From contig JAKITS010000001.1 in assembly GCA_021648085.1 (NCBI GenBank), positions 915,201 through 979,200 of the forward strand: a stretch of DNA of 64,000 bases, read 5' to 3'. This document shows, one piece after another, positions 53,218-61,382 of this stretch. Each line of letters opens with the position of its first letter. Position 1 is the stretch's first letter. The notes below the pieces were generated by a model that made no database searches, had not been told where the DNA came from, and saw nothing but the letters and a program-made list of their open reading frames with translations. A program made the translations under genes and the position numbers. This DNA comes from Candidatus Magasanikiibacteriota bacterium (GTDB taxonomy: Bacteria; Patescibacteriota; Patescibacteriia; Magasanikbacterales; UBA922).

Positions 53218-54474
53218 ATGAGTAAAAAAACTAATATAAAATCTGTAAAAGCAAGGGAGATATTAGATTCACGAGGAAACCCAACTATCGAGACAGAGGT
53301 TTTATTGGTCGATGGTTCTATTGGTATTGCCTGTGTTCCGAGTGGTGCCTCTACTGGAATTCATGAAGCTGTGGAGCTTCGAGATGGTGGAAAAAGATAT
53401 GGTGGAAAAGGGGTTTTGAAAGCTGTTGAAAATGTAAATAAAAAAATCAACAAACTCTTGAAAGGTGAGGACGCTAGTAAACAAAGAGAATTGGATAGAT
53501 TAATGATAGAATTGGATGGAACAGAAAACAAAAGTAAACTTGGTGCAAATGCTATTTTGGCGGTTTCTTTGGCTTCTGCTAGAGCTTGTGCAAATTCCAA
53601 AAAAGTTCCACTTTATAAATATATTCGTAGTGCTTTTAAACTTCAAGAAAAAACTTGGGTAATGCCGATACCTACTATGAATGTGTTGAATGGGGGGAGG
53701 CATGCAGACAATAAACTTTCTGTGCAGGAGTTTATGCTTGTGCCTGTAAAAGGAAGTTTTGCAGAAAAAGTAATGGTCGGATCAGAAATATTTCAGACTT
53801 TAAAAGTATTATTGAAAGAGAAAAAATTAAATACTGCCGTTGGAGATGAGGGTGGTTTTGCACCAAACTTAACTTTTAATGAGGAGGCGTTAAAATTATT
53901 AATGAAAGCTATTAAAAAAGCTGGATATATTGCTGGGAAAGATGTAATGCTTGCTTCAGACATTGCAGCTTCAGAATTTTATAAAGATAGAAAATATTTT
54001 TTTAACAGCTCAAAAATAGGGATAAAAGCAGAAGAAATGATGAAAATTTTATCAGGTTGGATTAAAAAATATCCTTTTATTTCTTTGGAAGATCCTTTTG
54101 CAGAAGATGATTGGGAAAATTGGGCAAGTTTTACTCGTGAAGTTGGAAAAAAAGTTGCTATTATTGGAGACGATCTTTTTGTGACAAATGTAAAAAGATT
54201 GAAAAAAGGAATAGATAGAAAAGTTGGAAATGCAATTTTAATTAAATTAAATCAAATAGGAACACTTAGTCAAACGATAGATGCAATTTATCTGGCAAAG
54301 AAAAATAAGTACAAAGTTTCAGTTTCTCACAGATCTGGAGAAACTTGCGATACTTTTATTGCAGATTTGTCTGTGGCAGTAAACGCGGATTTTATAAAAA
54401 CAGGTTCTCTTTCTCGTTCGGAGCGTGTGGGAAAATACAACAGATTGATGAAGATTGAAAGTGAATTAAAATAA
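53218..54474 (+). CDS. eno: Enolase
   Basis: [31 protein letters not shown]. Confidence 0.99.
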   Translation: MSKKTNIKSVKAREILDSRGNPTIETEVLLVDGSIGIACVPSGASTGIHEAVELRDGGKRYGGKGVLKAVENVNKKINKLLKGEDASKQRELDRLMIELDGTENKSKLGANAILAVSLASARACANSKKVPLYKYIRSAFKLQEKTWVMPIPTMNVLNGGRHADNKLSVQEFMLVPVKGSFAEKVMVGSEIFQTLKVLLKEKKLNTAVGDEGGFAPNLTFNEEALKLLMKAIKKAGYIAGKDVMLASDIAASEFYKDRKYFFNSSKIGIKAEEMMKILSGWIKKYPFISLEDPFAEDDWENWASFTREVGKKVAIIGDDLFVTNVKRLKKGIDRKVGNAILIKLNQIGTLSQTIDAIYLAKKNKYKVSVSHRSGETCDTFIADLSVAVNADFIKTGSLSRSERVGKYNRLMKIESELK

Positions 54475-54476
54475 TT

Positions 54477-56045
54477 ATGTCAAAAATTAAAGATAAAAAA
54501 CTTACGGTTTTGGTTATTTTGGATGGGTTTGGTTTGACTGGGTTTAAGAATATTGGAAATGCTATTACACCAAAAACTGCTCCAAATATTTTTAAGTATA
54601 TAAAAAAATATCCAAGTACAGAATTGAAAGCATCTGGTGTAAGTGTTGGTTTGCGTTCTGGTCAAAAAGGAAATTCCGAAGCAGGACACTTTAATATAGG
54701 CGCAGGAAGAATTGTTGAGCAGGATTTAATGATAATATCAAAAGCAATAAAAGATGGTACTTTTTTCAAAAATTTAGCTTTCAAGCAGGCACTTTTTCAC
54801 GCAAAAAAATATAATTCTACTGTGCATATTTTTGGACTTTTAACCAATGGACATTCTGCACACGCTTGCCCAGATCATTTATACGAGCTTTTAAATTTTT
54901 TTAGAAGAGAAGAGTATAAAAAAATCTCATTACACTTATTTACAGATGGTAGAGATGCACCTCCTAATTCTGCAATAAAGTATTTAAAGAAATTAAAAAA
55001 ATATTTAAAAAATGGAGAAAAAATAGCCAGTATAAGTGGTCGTTTTTATTCTATGGATAGAAATAAGGTCTGGGAAAGAACAGAAAAAACTTACAATTTG
55101 ATAGTTTCTGGAGAAGCTAAATATACAGCAGTAAGTGCAGAGGAAGCCATAAATAAAGCATACAAAAGAGGGGAAACAGATGAATTTATTCATCCAACAG
55201 TTTTAATAAATAAAAAAAGAAAACCAATATCAAAAATAAAAGATAACGATGTGGTATATTTTTATAATGCAAGAAGTGATAGAGCAAGACAGCTTACAAA
55301 AGCTTTTGTACAAAAGGATTTCATAAAGCACAATAAAGGTGCATTTAAGAGGAAAAATAAACCAAAAAATATTCGCTTTGTCGCGATGACAGATTTTGGG
55401 CCAGATTTAGAAGGTGTTTTAACTGCGTTTCCTAGTCCAGATATAAAAATGCCGCTAGCAAAAGCAATTGGAGAGGAATATAAACAACTTTATATATCAG
55501 AAACAGAGAAATATGCACATATTACATATTTTATAAATGGAGGTTATGCTGGTGCGGTAAATGGTGAAGATAGGGAAATGATAAGATCGGGCTGTCACTA
55601 TTCTTATTCAGAAAAGCCACAGATGCATTGTAAAAATTTAACTAGTATTATTTTGGATTATATTAAAAAAGATAAATATAATTTTATTTGTGTAAATTAT
55701 CCAAATGCGGATATTGTTGCACATACTGGAAATTTTAAATCTGCAAAAAAAGCATTAGGATTTCTGGATAAACAGATAAAACGACTAGTAAAAGGTGTTT
55801 TAAAAAAGAATGGGCAGGTGTTAATTATTGCAGATCATGGTAATGCTGAAGAAATGATTTACAAAAAAACAAAAGGAGTTAGAACAGAACACACAACAAA
55901 CCCTGTCCCTTGTATTTTTATTAAGAAAAAAGTAAAAGATATAGAATTGAAAACAGGAGGAAAACTTGCCGATGTTGCACCAACGCTATTAAAAATAATG
56001 GATATTAAAAAACCAAAGGAGATGACCGGTAAATCTTTAATTTAA
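54477..56045 (+). CDS. gpmI: 2,3-BPG-independent phosphoglycerate mutase, paralog 1 (Lys-rich)
   Basis: ILDGFG, GNSEAGH, DGRD, ETEKYAH, ADHGNAE. Confidence 0.93.
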   Translation: MSKIKDKKLTVLVILDGFGLTGFKNIGNAITPKTAPNIFKYIKKYPSTELKASGVSVGLRSGQKGNSEAGHFNIGAGRIVEQDLMIISKAIKDGTFFKNLAFKQALFHAKKYNSTVHIFGLLTNGHSAHACPDHLYELLNFFRREEYKKISLHLFTDGRDAPPNSAIKYLKKLKKYLKNGEKIASISGRFYSMDRNKVWERTEKTYNLIVSGEAKYTAVSAEEAINKAYKRGETDEFIHPTVLINKKRKPISKIKDNDVVYFYNARSDRARQLTKAFVQKDFIKHNKGAFKRKNKPKNIRFVAMTDFGPDLEGVLTAFPSPDIKMPLAKAIGEEYKQLYISETEKYAHITYFINGGYAGAVNGEDREMIRSGCHYSYSEKPQMHCKNLTSIILDYIKKDKYNFICVNYPNADIVAHTGNFKSAKKALGFLDKQIKRLVKGVLKKNGQVLIIADHGNAEEMIYKKTKGVRTEHTTNPVPCIFIKKKVKDIELKTGGKLADVAPTLLKIMDIKKPKEMTGKSLI

Positions 56046-56055
56046 ATATAATTTT

Positions 56056-57639
56056 ATGGCAGATAGACCAAAGCCAGTTGTGTTGGCTGTATTAGATGGT
56101 TGGGGTGTTGCCCCAGATCACAAAGGAAACGCAATTACACAAGGAAAAACACCAAGTTTTGACAAATTTATAAAAGAGTACCCAGTGATGACTATTTCGG
56201 CATCTAGTTCAGAGGTCGGTCTTTCTTATGGGGAAATGGGAAATTCAGAAGTTGGGCATTTGAATATTGGGGCTGGAAGAGTTTATTACCAAACTTTTCC
56301 AAGAATAAACAAGAGTATTGAAGAGGGTGATTTTTTTGAAAATGAAGCTTTTTTAAAAGTTGCTGAGCAGGTAAAAAATAATAAGTCATCACTTCATTTG
56401 ATAGGTTTGGTAAGTCCTGGAAATGTGCATGCAGCAGACAAACATTGTTATGCTCTCTTGGAGTTTGCAAAAAAACAAAAAATCAAAAAAGTTTTTGTGC
56501 ATGTAATTATGGATGGTCGCGATGCGTTGTATAATGCTGGAATTCAATTTGTACAAGAACTTCAAACAAAAATGAAAGAAATTGGTGTTGGAAAAATTGC
56601 GTCTTTGTCTGGAAGATATTTTGCATTGGATAGGGACAGTAGATGGGATAGAGTAGAAAAAGCATATAGAGCAATGGTAGAAGGTGTCGCTGAAAATTAT
56701 ACAACAGACCCTTTAAAAACAATTCAGGAGTTTTATGATAAAGAAATTTTTGATGAAGAATTTCCACCAACTGTAATTGGAAAAGAGGGAAAACCAGAAA
56801 CCACAATAAAAAGTGAAGATGGTGTAATATTCTTTAATTTTAGACCAGATAGAGCACGGCAGCTTACTCAATCTTTTGTCTTGCCTGGATTTGATAAATT
56901 TGAAAGAGAATATATAAAAGGTTTATCTTTTACGACCATGACTGAATATGAAAAAGAACTTCCTGTTGATGTTGCTTTTCCACCAGATATTGTAAGAAAT
57001 TGCTTGGCAGAAGTTGTGAGCAGAGCTGGTTTGAAACAATTTCATATAGCAGAAACAGAAAAATATGCGCATATTACTTTTTTCTTGAATGGAACTGTTG
57101 AGGATCCATTTGAAAATGAAGATAGAGAAATAGTACCGTCGCCAAAAGTAGCTTCGTATGACAAAGCTCCAGAAATGTCTGCTCCAGAAATCACAAAAAA
57201 AGTTATAAAAGCAATTGAGTCAGATAAATACGATGTAATATTTATGAATTTTGCCAATGCGGACATGGTAAGCCATACGGGGGACTTAGGAGCTACAAAA
57301 CTTGCAGTAGAAATAGTAGATAAAGGGCTTGGGCAAATAGCAGAGTATGTACTTGCAAAAGACGGCGTAATGCTCATTACAGCCGACCATGGAAACGCTG
57401 AAGAGGTGGTAAATTTGCAGACTGGCGATAAAGTAAAAGAACATAGTACAAATCCTGTACCATTTATAATTATTGGTAATAATTATAAAGGACAGGCTGG
57501 TCCAGCAGGAGATCCGCCAGAAGGAGATTTGAGTCTTATGACTTCAGTTGGCATGCTTGCAGATGTAGCACCAACAGTTTTGAAGATTTTAGAAATAGAG
57601 CAACCACCGGAGATGACAGGCCAGTCACTATTACCTTGA
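56056..57639 (+). CDS. gpmI: 2,3-BPG-independent phosphoglycerate mutase, paralog 2
   Basis: VLDGWG, GNSEVGH, DGRD, ETEKYAH, TADHGNAE. Confidence 0.95.
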   Translation: MADRPKPVVLAVLDGWGVAPDHKGNAITQGKTPSFDKFIKEYPVMTISASSSEVGLSYGEMGNSEVGHLNIGAGRVYYQTFPRINKSIEEGDFFENEAFLKVAEQVKNNKSSLHLIGLVSPGNVHAADKHCYALLEFAKKQKIKKVFVHVIMDGRDALYNAGIQFVQELQTKMKEIGVGKIASLSGRYFALDRDSRWDRVEKAYRAMVEGVAENYTTDPLKTIQEFYDKEIFDEEFPPTVIGKEGKPETTIKSEDGVIFFNFRPDRARQLTQSFVLPGFDKFEREYIKGLSFTTMTEYEKELPVDVAFPPDIVRNCLAEVVSRAGLKQFHIAETEKYAHITFFLNGTVEDPFENEDREIVPSPKVASYDKAPEMSAPEITKKVIKAIESDKYDVIFMNFANADMVSHTGDLGATKLAVEIVDKGLGQIAEYVLAKDGVMLITADHGNAEEVVNLQTGDKVKEHSTNPVPFIIIGNNYKGQAGPAGDPPEGDLSLMTSVGMLADVAPTVLKILEIEQPPEMTGQSLLP

Positions 57640-57717
57640 CGATGATATAATTTTGTGTGCATAATATAACTATGTTTAAAAAATAGACAGTGTTCACAAT
57701 CACAACAGGAGGGGAAA

Positions 57718-58419
57718 ATGCCAGAGTATATTCAAGGTGATAATCATTTTGCAAAATCCTATCAAGTTATGAAAGAGGTTTTGAGGGGTGATTATGTAGA
57801 GACTCCTTCTAGAATACCTTTTAGTACTCCAGAGGATAAAAATGGTGAACTTACTATTGTTTGTTCTTTAAAATTAGGAAATAGAACTGTAGAAATCAAT
57901 GAGAAACAGGGAGTTGGCACACTTCATGCTTTCTTTTTAGGTTTGCGTTCTGCTTTATTTGCAGATTTTCAAACTTTAAAAACTGTTACAACTCTTAGTT
58001 TTAAACAGGAGTCAATAGGTAGGCAAAATAGTATTTCTCGAAATCCAAAAAATGATAAATTGTATGAGTTTGGCTTTGGAGTAGCTGTTAAAACTAGTTT
58101 AACTATTAAAAATGGCAAAGGAAGTGAGTTTACTTTTGAAAAAACTTCTTTAGATTGTATTCAAGCACCACTTTTGTTGGTTTTGGAAGCTGTTTTATTT
58201 TTTGTAAATAGTGAAGAAGCTTACAGAAGAGCTAGGAGGAGATTTGCAGATAGTAAATCTGATTCTGGATATATTCAAGACAGTATTTTACCAACTTTGA
58301 CAAAGAATAATGATTATAGATGTATTGCTAAAAGCATAAGAGAAGAAGCAGACAAAGAGCGTGCAAAACTTCCAAAACAAGGAGGAATTGCAATGCCTTT
58401 GAAACATTATAATGACTAA
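57718..58419 (+). CDS. SD-led protein resembling a stand-alone LeuA/CimA regulatory (dimer) domain
   Basis: GVGTLHAFFLGL...TSLDCIQA..LVLEAV pattern; AGGAGG SD; family similarity judged by eye. Confidence 0.5.
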   Translation: MPEYIQGDNHFAKSYQVMKEVLRGDYVETPSRIPFSTPEDKNGELTIVCSLKLGNRTVEINEKQGVGTLHAFFLGLRSALFADFQTLKTVTTLSFKQESIGRQNSISRNPKNDKLYEFGFGVAVKTSLTIKNGKGSEFTFEKTSLDCIQAPLLLVLEAVLFFVNSEEAYRRARRRFADSKSDSGYIQDSILPTLTKNNDYRCIAKSIREEADKERAKLPKQGGIAMPLKHYND

Positions 58420-58444
58420 ACACACAAACCAAAAGGTATAAATC

Positions 58445-59170
58445 ATGAGAAAAGGGGTAAAGATTTTTTTGGCAATATCAGTATTTTTATTGTTTGGTTC
58501 TAGTTTTACTTTTGCAGAGGGGTTTAGACCTTCTATTGCTGTGCCAGATGATATAGATTTTCAAGATTTGGAAAAAGATACTTTGGAACAAGTCTTGCAA
58601 GAAGTAAAAGAAATAAAACAAGAATTGAAAGAATTAACAGTGGAATATAAAAAAGCCACAAAAGATACTACGGATTATATTTTTGTGAGTGGTAAACAGT
58701 GGAGTAAAACCACTACAAATTTGACGGCTTCGTTTATTATTATCGATGACTTGGAAGATAATTATTTTTTTATGATTGGATATTTGTATCCGCCAACAGA
58801 GTTAACAGATACAAAAGATCTTCCAAAGGATACGGCGTCAATTTCTTACCGCGAATTTAATATTCAAGGTTCTGCAAATTGGCTACCAATCCGTTGGAAT
58901 AATTTTGATAGTGTAAAGGATTATTGTAAGCTTGGTTTAGATTTTGGATTTGGTTTTTATTTCAATTGGCAGGCTGGATTGCGAATCAAAAACCATGAAG
59001 TTGGGCTTGGTTTAGACATAGAAATTCCAGATCCAGTTGTGAATTTGGAAGATGGTTTAGGTTTCCAAATTCTAATGGTAGGTACGATAAGCCATGCTGT
59101 GATTGTAAGCGGTTGTAGAGCAACTGCAGATTATTCTGCATGCTTCCTAACTGGAGGAGCACGCTTTTAA
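58445..59170 (+). CDS. Exported protein with a coiled coil and a beta-strand-rich C-terminus ending in Phe
   Basis: Signal peptide (..SFTFA), LQEVKEIKQELKEL, LGLDFGFGFYF, C-terminal LTGGARF. Confidence 0.65.
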   Translation: MRKGVKIFLAISVFLLFGSSFTFAEGFRPSIAVPDDIDFQDLEKDTLEQVLQEVKEIKQELKELTVEYKKATKDTTDYIFVSGKQWSKTTTNLTASFIIIDDLEDNYFFMIGYLYPPTELTDTKDLPKDTASISYREFNIQGSANWLPIRWNNFDSVKDYCKLGLDFGFGFYFNWQAGLRIKNHEVGLGLDIEIPDPVVNLEDGLGFQILMVGTISHAVIVSGCRATADYSACFLTGGARF

Positions 59171-59197
59171 TGAAAAAACAAAAGTTCTTCAAAAAAC

Positions 59198-59228
59198 AAA
59201 ACTCCCTATTTTCAATAGGGAGTTTTTT
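59198..59228 (+). terminator. Intrinsic terminator
   Basis: aaactccctatt-ttc-aatagggagtttt. Confidence 0.8.
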
Positions 59229-59331
59229 AATTGAAATAATTAACAACTATCAATTAACAAAGAACAAAAGTAAAAGATGGACTAACGTTTTAATTTAATT
59301 GTTTATATTCTAATTATACTGCACAAGTATA

Positions 59332-59425
59332 CCTTCGACTCCACTTCGTTCTGCTCAAGATGACGTAAAATAATCACGTTATCCTGAGCGAAATGTAGCG
59401 AAGCGGAATGCAGTCGAATGGATCT
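59332..59425. repeat. REP-like inverted doublet (TTCGACT..GCTCAxGATGAC type)
   Basis: cttcgact...gctcaagatgacgt opposite acgttatcctgagc...agtcgaa; contains GCGAAGCG. Confidence 0.7.
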
Positions 59426-59472
59426 CGTTTTTGATTCACAATATTTTAAAAATAAAATTATATAGAAAAACA

Positions 59473-60609
59473 TTAAAGATTTTCTAATATTTTTTGTGTA
59501 ATTTTGTTTTCTGCATTTTTTAGTGTTTCGTTGGTCAAAACAAAACGAACTTCTGTAGAATTTCCTGTTGGTCTAAACTCTCTAGAAATTTTTATAGCAT
59601 TAAATGGTTTTACAGTTTTCAAAATTCCATATATTGAATTATTTTGTTTTGGATGTTCGTGCAAAAGTAGTACTATTTTTGCATCAGGTGAAGTTAGGAT
59701 TAAATCATCAAAAATATCATTTAAATCTTTCACATTTGTTCCAGTTCTTACAAAATTATCACTAGTAATGGTGGACCACACAAACTTTGACTCAATATTA
59801 TTTTGTAAATTTGTCAAAACATCTCCCCATAATTTTAATGTAGAAAGTTTTTTATTTTTGTATAAATTTTGTACAACTTCTTGCCTATTTGCTCCAAGTT
59901 TTATGAGTTGGCTTGCAATCATCAAGGTACGCGGACGAATTTTTGGAGATTGAAAACTTTTTGTATTTACAATCATTCCAGTAAGTAGCGCATTTGCAAT
60001 ATCACTATCCAAATGTTCTGAAGCCAACTTGTTGATAAGTAGATATACAGTTTCAGAGATAGAAGTAGATGTAATGTTTACAAAATTGATATGACCAAAA
60101 TGTTCATTTTCTGTACTAAATCCTACATTTAAAATCGGTGTATCGAAAAATAATTTTGTATTGTTTCTATAAATTTTTCCTAAAGATTCCAATTCTACTA
60201 CTCCAACCGTTACAATTAAATCGTATTTAAATTCAGTTGAACGCATTTTTATTTGGTCTGGCAAAAATGCTCCATTTTTTGGAGTGATAGAAATGCTCAA
60301 CTTATCACCAGCTACACTATAGTTTACTTCTTTTAGACCATTTTTTGTTAGATCTACTTTTATAATACATCTACGCAAATCTTCAAATTTTGAAGTTATT
60401 TTTTTTGTTTCTGGAAGAAAATTTAGCTGTTCAGGATTTTTAAAACTTTCTGATATAACATCTACATTTTTACCTAATTTTTTGAAAAACAAAGAAAGCG
60501 CAATCGAACTTGCGATAGCGTCGTGATTTCCATTTTTTGGGAAGCATACAAGTACATTCTTTTTATTCTCCAGTACTTGGTTAATTTGTTCTACTAATGT
60601 TAATACCAT
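59473..60609 (-). CDS. DHH/NrnA-like phosphoesterase homolog with degenerate active site
   Basis: DAIASSIAL, ENEHFGHIN, TSISETVY, ALLTGMIVNTKSF, LKLWG; DHH triad absent. Confidence 0.75.
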   Translation of the reverse strand: MVLTLVEQINQVLENKKNVLVCFPKNGNHDAIASSIALSLFFKKLGKNVDVISESFKNPEQLNFLPETKKITSKFEDLRRCIIKVDLTKNGLKEVNYSVAGDKLSISITPKNGAFLPDQIKMRSTEFKYDLIVTVGVVELESLGKIYRNNTKLFFDTPILNVGFSTENEHFGHINFVNITSTSISETVYLLINKLASEHLDSDIANALLTGMIVNTKSFQSPKIRPRTLMIASQLIKLGANRQEVVQNLYKNKKLSTLKLWGDVLTNLQNNIESKFVWSTITSDNFVRTGTNVKDLNDIFDDLILTSPDAKIVLLLHEHPKQNNSIYGILKTVKPFNAIKISREFRPTGNSTEVRFVLTNETLKNAENKITQKILENL

Positions 60610-60713
60610 ATTGGTGATATGTATAGTAGATAATATTATCAATTTGTGAGCATAATGTCAAGCAGAAAAACAAAAAATAGTAAATAAATATGCCAAGTAT
60701 TTTTAATAAATAA

Positions 60714-60741
60714 AAAACCGTACTGCAAATAGTACGATTTT
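60714..60741 (-). terminator. Terminator of the orphan unit
   Basis: aaaaccgtact-gcaaat-agtacgatttt. Confidence 0.6.
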
Positions 60742-60748
60742 GTGAGTT

Positions 60749-61146
60749 TTAGAAAATTCTTTTTTCTCTTGCTTCTTTCTTTTCTCTTTCTTTTTGTGCT
60801 TTTTCTATATTTATTTCTTCTTGTTTGTGTTTTCTTCCATCAAGCCAAAAAGTTCGTGCAATTACAAATTCATATCCTGTCGTAAGTAAATCTCCAGTAT
60901 CTGGATTTCTTGGAAGGATAGATTCGATAGCTTGAGAAAATATAACACGGTCTTGACATTCTACAATTTCTTTCAATGTATTATTTCTATTATATATTTT
61001 TCCAATAAAAAAGTTATTCTATTTATCATAGTAAATCTATATCTTTTGTGTCCATCAAACCTACGAATTTCAAATTCACAAACTTGAATTTCTTCACCTT
61101 TAGAATTTTTTGAAAAATGATTTTTTGTAAAAGTCAGACCGAGCAT
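60749..61146 (-). pseudogene. SD-led orphan split over two frames (61146-60973 and 60976-60749)
   Basis: AAGGAG SD and ATG at 61146; 57-aa ORF whose -1 frame stays open from 61018 to 60749. Confidence 0.45.
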
Positions 61147-61382
61147 AATTTTCTCCTTGTGGTACTGGTAAAATGAACCAATATTAAATTACCATTTTTT
61201 ACGTATTTTGTAAAGTTAAATAATCATTATTTTCCCTTTTTACAACTTTAACAACCGGAACAAGTGTAGCGATAGAACATTTAGAACACTTATTAGTTGA
61301 TTTTTTAGTGAATTTCTTTTAAACTACAAGGAGAAATGAGATTAAACTTGAAAATACATCTTTACTGAATACAAAAATTGTT

